Positions 53,201 through 59,200 of a DNA stretch of 64,000 nt are shown piece after piece. The translations under genes were made by a program, and so were the position numbers. Location: NCBI GenBank assembly GCA_965203445.1, contig OZ241883.1:1056001-1120000 (forward strand). The letters are read 5' to 3'. Below the pieces are notes generated by a model. It searched no databases. It worked only from the letters and a program-made list of their open reading frames with translations, and had not been told where the DNA came from. Position 1 is the stretch's first letter; every line of letters starts with the position of its first letter. The DNA is from Candidatus Oxydemutator sp. (GTDB taxonomy: Bacteria; Pseudomonadota; Gammaproteobacteria; Poriferisulfidales; Oxydemutatoraceae).

Positions 53201-56200
53201 CACGTCGGCAAGCGTCGAGGTGTCGGCGAACGCGGCGACGTTGCGCACGTTCAGGGTTACCACGCGCACCGAGGTTGCGAGCGTCGGGGAGGGAGCCGTC
53301 GTCGGCTACGTGGTGACGTTGAGCGGCGCCGCGCCGGGCGCGGACGTGGACGTGGCGTGGGGGGTCGCGGGTATCGGTGTCAATCCGGCGTCGTCGGAGG
53401 ATTTCGTGGCAGTGTCGGGCACGGTGAGGTTCACGCCGTCGGATGCGTCGGGCAGCACGAGGGGTTTTGTGGTCGGGATAGCCGAGGACACGCTGAACGA
53501 GGGAGACGAGAGATACGCGGTAAGGCTTACGATGCCGGACGCGGACTCGGCGGTGTCGGGGATGCCGGAGTTGACGATAACGGACGATGTTGCTGATCGC
53601 CTGGAGCTTTCGATCAGTCGCATAGACGCCGGCGACTTGTCGGAGGGTGCGGTGGACGCGGCGGATCGTCGCGCCGAGTTTCGGGTGCAGGTGGGGGCCT
53701 CGACGGCCACGGCGGCGGTTACGTTTTCGTTGACGGTTACTGGAAGCGGGGTTACGTCCGGGGACTACGGCGGTGTGGTGGATGGCGCGCCGCTTGTGAT
53801 TCGTGCGCCGAGCACGCGCATGGTGGTGGTGTTGGAGGCGTTGGACGACAACTTGAACGAGGGGGACGAGGAGTTGATAGTGGGTTTGGACGCCGGGGTG
53901 CGCAGCGCGGGTGCTGCGGGTCTGGTATCGGACGCGCGGATGACGACGGCCACGGCGACGATCAGCCGCAACGATGCGACGCTGGTGTCGGTGGAGGGCA
54001 CGGCGCAGAGCGTCGGCGTGTCCGAGGGCAGCAGCGCGGTGTTTGTGTTGAGTCTGTCGGGCGGCGAGGCGACGTTGCCGGTGCTGGTTGAATGGCGTGT
54101 TACGACGGGGGCGTCGGTCGGCGAGGCGTCGGACGAGGACTTTGAGCGAACGTCTGGGGTCTCGGAGTTTGCGGTGGGGACGACGACGGTTCGGGTGTAT
54201 GTTGCGATACGCAGCGACGGTTTGGCCGAGGGGGTCGAGACGTATGATTTGAGGTTGTCGCGTGCGCGCGGCGGCGGTGGCGGGGGTGCGTCGGTGGATG
54301 CGGCGTCCGGGTCGGCGACGGGGACGATACTTGCGAACGATCCGCTCACGGTGTCGCTTTCGGCCCCGTCCAGGCGGGTGGAGGAAGGTGCGACGGCGGT
54401 ATTCCAGGTGCGACTGACCAATGCCCGGAACGTGCCGACGCGAGCGCCGCTGCCGGTTACGGTTGAGTACGCGCTGTCGGGAGCGGCAATGGGCGGGGCC
54501 GCGGGCGACGTGGCGCGCGATTATGATTACCCGTCGGGCTATGGTGCCACCACCGGCACCGGAACGGTGACCATCAGCACCGGTACCACCGACGCCGCAA
54601 TCGCGTTGACGGTCGCAAACGACGGGCGCAACGAAGCCGACGAAGACATAGAGATCACTTTGCTCAGGCTGGTCGCCGGTTCCGACGTCGCCGGCTTGGC
54701 CACGATCGTCAGCGCGGTGGTTACAGTTGCCGACGCCGATCCGATAGTGGCCGCCGTCGCCGCGCGCGAGTCGCGGAAGAACGAAGGCGAGGACTTTCTG
54801 TTCACGGTGACCTTGTCCGGTGGTTCGCGTGAGGCCCCGGTTACGGTTCCGTACCGGATAATGGGCATCGGTGCCGATCCGGCGGAGGCCACCGATTGGA
54901 GAGACCGTAGCGGCGGCGGTATCGAGATCGCCGCCACCGCCACGACCGGGCTTATCATCGTCCGGGCGCTGATAGACGATGAAGGGGAGGGTGCCGAGGG
55001 CCTCCGCGTAACGCTGAGCACGCCGACGGGCGTGGGTGTCGTCGGCGTCGCGCGGGTTGATGGCGCAAGGGCTTCGGCGACCGTCGAAATCAATCCGAGT
55101 ATGCAGATCAATCTGTCGTTTGCTCTCGCGGGGCCGGCCGACGCCGCCGAGGGGACGACCGCGACCTACCGCGTCGTATTCACCGGCAACGGCGGACGCA
55201 GCGCGCCGCCGACCACGTTCACGGTAACGGTAACGGCCGTCACCGCCCAGGGCGCCGACTTTGTCGGCGCCGGCGTCGCGACCGTCGCCGACGTTGTTTT
55301 TTCGGGCGAAGCCACCGGAGCCGCGAAGAGTTTTGGCGTGGCGCTCCTTGACGACGACCTCTCCGAAGGCACGGAGACCTACCGCGTGGTTATCGCCCCC
55401 GTCGGCGGCGCCCCCGTGATTACCAACGACACGGTCGAGACCGCGATCGCGGCGAGCGATCCGTTGCAGGTCGAGTTGGTGCCGCCCGGCGTGGCGCTGA
55501 GAGACGAGGGCGCCGCCGGCGCCACGACGCGGGTGTCGTTTGGCGTGAGCCTGACGCCGTCCCCGAACGTGCCGGACGGCGACGTGGTGATACGTTACGC
55601 GCTAAGCGGCGACGCCGGCGCCGCCGACTACGGCGACGACACCGGCGGCAGCGTGACCGTCGCCACGGGCGAGACGACGACGCAAATCCGAATAACCATC
55701 GTCGGCGACGACGCGTACGAGCCGGACGAGGAGTTGGTAGTCGCGCTACAAAGCGTGCAGGGCGCCAACGTGAGCCTTTCGGCGTCGAGCCGCGCGAGCG
55801 TTACCATAGTCAACGACGACCCGTTGCCGGTAGTTTCGTTCGCGCTGGAAGGCCCGCGCCGAGCCGCCGAGAACACGACGGCGACCTACGTGGTTACGTT
55901 CACCGACAGCGCAGGTCGGAGCGCGCCTTCGACGAACGTCGCTATCGGGGTGCTCGCCGGCGCCGGCGTCGAAGGCGCCGATTTTGACGGCGGCGTGCTG
56001 CCGTCGCGGACGCTCGCGTTCGACGGCGAGGCGTCCGGCAGCACCAAGAGTTTCTTCGTCAAGATCATAGATGACTCGTTGTCGGAGACCACCGAGAGTT
56101 ACGTTGTGCGCATCAGCGACGCGGCGGTCGGCGCGAGCGCTACCGTAGCCACGGCGATAGCCCGTAGCAATCCGTTGACGACGGTGTTAAGGCGCACCGC

Positions 56201-59200
56201 TCCCGTCGGCGCGGGTGCGCGACTTGAGGAAAACGCCGCGGCGACGTTCGTCGTCGAGTTTCGGCCGTTTAACCACCGTGCCGCGGGCGCGGTTACGATG
56301 GCGTGGAGCGCCACGGTCGACGCCCAGGCGAACACCGGCGCGGCGAACGCCCCGGGCAACGCCGACCTGTCGCCGGATTCCGGTATCGCGCGGATAGAGG
56401 CGGGCGACACGAACGCCGCGTTCACGGTAACGGCGCGCCAGGACGCGCTTGCGGAAGGCGAGGAGACCTTTACCGTCGGTCTTGGAGCCGTCGGCGCCGA
56501 GACCGGCGTCGGCGTCGTTACGCCGGGGGCTTCGACGACGGTGCAAACGACGATAGCGGCGAACGCCGCGGCCACGCGCTTTGTATCGGTGCGCGCTCCG
56601 GCGGGAGTGACGACGGTGGACGAGGCGGCATTGGTTACGTTCACGGTCGAGTTGGCGGGCGAGGCGCCGGAGGCCGGGGCGCCGCTGCTGGTGGATTGGA
56701 ACCTTGCCGGCGAAGCCGAAGAAGGCGCGGATTACGCCGCCGTTGCGACGACGGCGTTGCGTTTTACGACCACGGGCTCTCAGACGGTGTCGGTGCGGTT
56801 GACCGACGATCAGCTGAACGAGGCGCGGGAGGCTCTGATACTCGAGATCACCGGCGCCCGCGGTGGCGGCGCTCCGCCGCCGGCGGTGGCTACGTCGAGG
56901 GCCCTGGTGTGGATCATTGACGACGATCCGGTCGCGTATCGTATCGGCGCGGCACCGGGCGGTTTCGTGAGCGTTTCCGAGGCTGCCGGCGCGCGCCCGT
57001 CGCTACGCGTTGACCTTGACCGTGCCTCCGCCGGCGACGTTCGCGTCTCTTATACGGTAGTCGCCGGCAGCGCCGTCGGCGGTGTCGACTACGACGGCGC
57101 CGCGGGCGTGGTCACGATAGGCGCGGGCCGGACGAGTACCGAGTTTCGGCCGATTGCGGTAATAGACGACAACCGCAACGAACCGACCGAGACGCTCGTT
57201 GTAGCCTTGGACGCGGCGCCGATCGCGCAGCTCGATCCGCGCACGGGTTCCGTCGTTCCCGCGACGAGTCCGCCGTCGCGTGCCGAAGTGCGGATTATTG
57301 ACGACGACGCGGCACGCTACTCGATCGCGGCGTTGTCCTCAATCGTGGCGGAAGGCGCCACCGCCAATTTTGACGCGGGCCTCGGGAACGTCGTCGCGAA
57401 CGCACCGGTTACGCTGACCTATACGGTGGCGAGCAGCGCCCCGAACCCGGGCGACGCCCGCGCGGATTTCCATGACCCCGGCGACGGGCGCGCGGTCATC
57501 GCCGCCGGGAGCGGCGGTACGCGCGTTATGGTTCACGTCGCCCGCGACGGCGTCGCCGAAGCCGCGGAAACGCTGACGCTACGGTTGACCGGCGTCGCCG
57601 GTACTTGCGCCGGCTGCGGCATCATGGGTGCGGGCGATCCGTTGTCCGCGCAAGTGACGATACCGGCCAACGCGACCGCGGCGCGCACGTTCGCGGTGGT
57701 GACGCGCAGCGACGTTTTGCGCGTCGCCGAAGGCGACGCCATTTCCTACAACGTCGAGCTGGACGGGGCAGCTTTGGTCGCCGACGTCCGCTTGACGTGG
57801 CGCGTGGTCGGCGTCGGCGGCAATCCGACGGAAGCCGCCGATTTCACGGCCGTCACCGGGGCCGTGACGTTCACGTCGGGCGCCGCCGCCGGCAGTACGC
57901 GGGCGTTCACGGTTTCCATTGCATCGGATACGTTGAACGAGGGTGCCGAGCAATACGTGATCCTGTTGGAGACGGACGACGTTGATTCGGCGGTGGCCGC
58001 GCCGCGTTTTCGCACGACGGTAGAGGACGATGCCGGTGATCGCATAGTGCTCTCGATCAGCCGTATAGACGGCGGCGATTTGTCGGAGGGTGCCGTGGAT
58101 GCCGCTGATCGGCGCGCCGAGTTTCAGATCGAGGCCGGGAACGCGACGGCCACGGCGGTGGTCACGTTTTCGTTGACGGTTAGCGGAAGCGGCGTTACGT
58201 CCGAGGACTACGGCGGGGTGGTCAGCGGGGCGTCGCTTACGATCAGTCCGCCGAGCACGCGCCTAGTGGTGACGTTGGAGGCGTTGGACGACGATTTGAA
58301 CGAAGGCGACGAGACGCTCAGGCTTGCGCTACGGGGCGACGGGCGCAGCGCGGGCGCCGTCTCCCTGGCGGCGCCTCCGTTGGCCGCGGCCGTCGCGACC
58401 ATCGCGCGCAGCGATCCGACCACGGTTTCGCTGGAACGTACCGCGGTGAGCGACATGGGGGAGGCGGACATGGCCAGGTTTGCGGCGCGCCTGAGCGGTG
58501 GCAGGATCGCGCGCCCGGTGGCGATGGAATGGCGCGTCGTAACCGGGAGCGGCGCCGGGCGCGCGTCGAACGAGGACTTTGGGAATATGGGCGGCAACCT
58601 GGAGATAGAGGCCGGGCGCACGCGCGGCGAGATCGGCGTCGCGCTGTTGGAAGACAACGTTCGGGAACCGGACGAGCGCTATTGGGTGAAGCTCGCCAAC
58701 CCGCGCGGCGGCGGCGGCGCCGGGGTCGTGCTCGGGGTGTCTCAGGTGAGCGCAATCATCAGGCAGCTGGATCGTACGCCGCCGGTGCTCGAAGGGGTGG
58801 CTTACGCCCCCCGCCAGAAGCACGTGTGGCTGAAATCGGTCGGCGACGAGGCGCTCGGTATTTTGTTGCCTTCCGAGGCGCGTTTGCCGGACGTGCTGCG
58901 CGAGGACGGCGTCGCTCTGGATGGCTTCACGATGTGGACGATGGTCGGCGGCGAGCGCCGGATGATCGACGTAGTCAGCACGAGTTACCACGCCCCGCAC
59001 GCGGTGGTGCTGAATCTTGCGCGTGAAATAAGCGAGGACGCCGGCGGGCTGTTCGCGGACTACGTGTATCCGGGAGACGGTCTCGGCATCTTCGACCGCG
59101 CGCTCGAGGCGGGGGTCGCGGACGCGCGCTTCGGGCGCAGCCAGATCGTGTCGCAGATCGGTATCACGATACCGTTCAGCACGACCAGCGACCTCGACAA

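Noticed and set aside
40641-54323. Possible CRISPR array or diversity-generating retroelement
   Set aside because: The units are kilobase-long, in frame and have no spacers. No reverse transcriptase or cas gene is in the window, and the differences are not adenine-specific.
41270-54421. Periodic 130-240 aa minus-strand ORFs (MRVVTLNVRN.., MAVEAPTC..)
   Set aside because: Antisense shadows of the repeated giant gene, recurring with the same 2.3 kb period; no independent coding signal.
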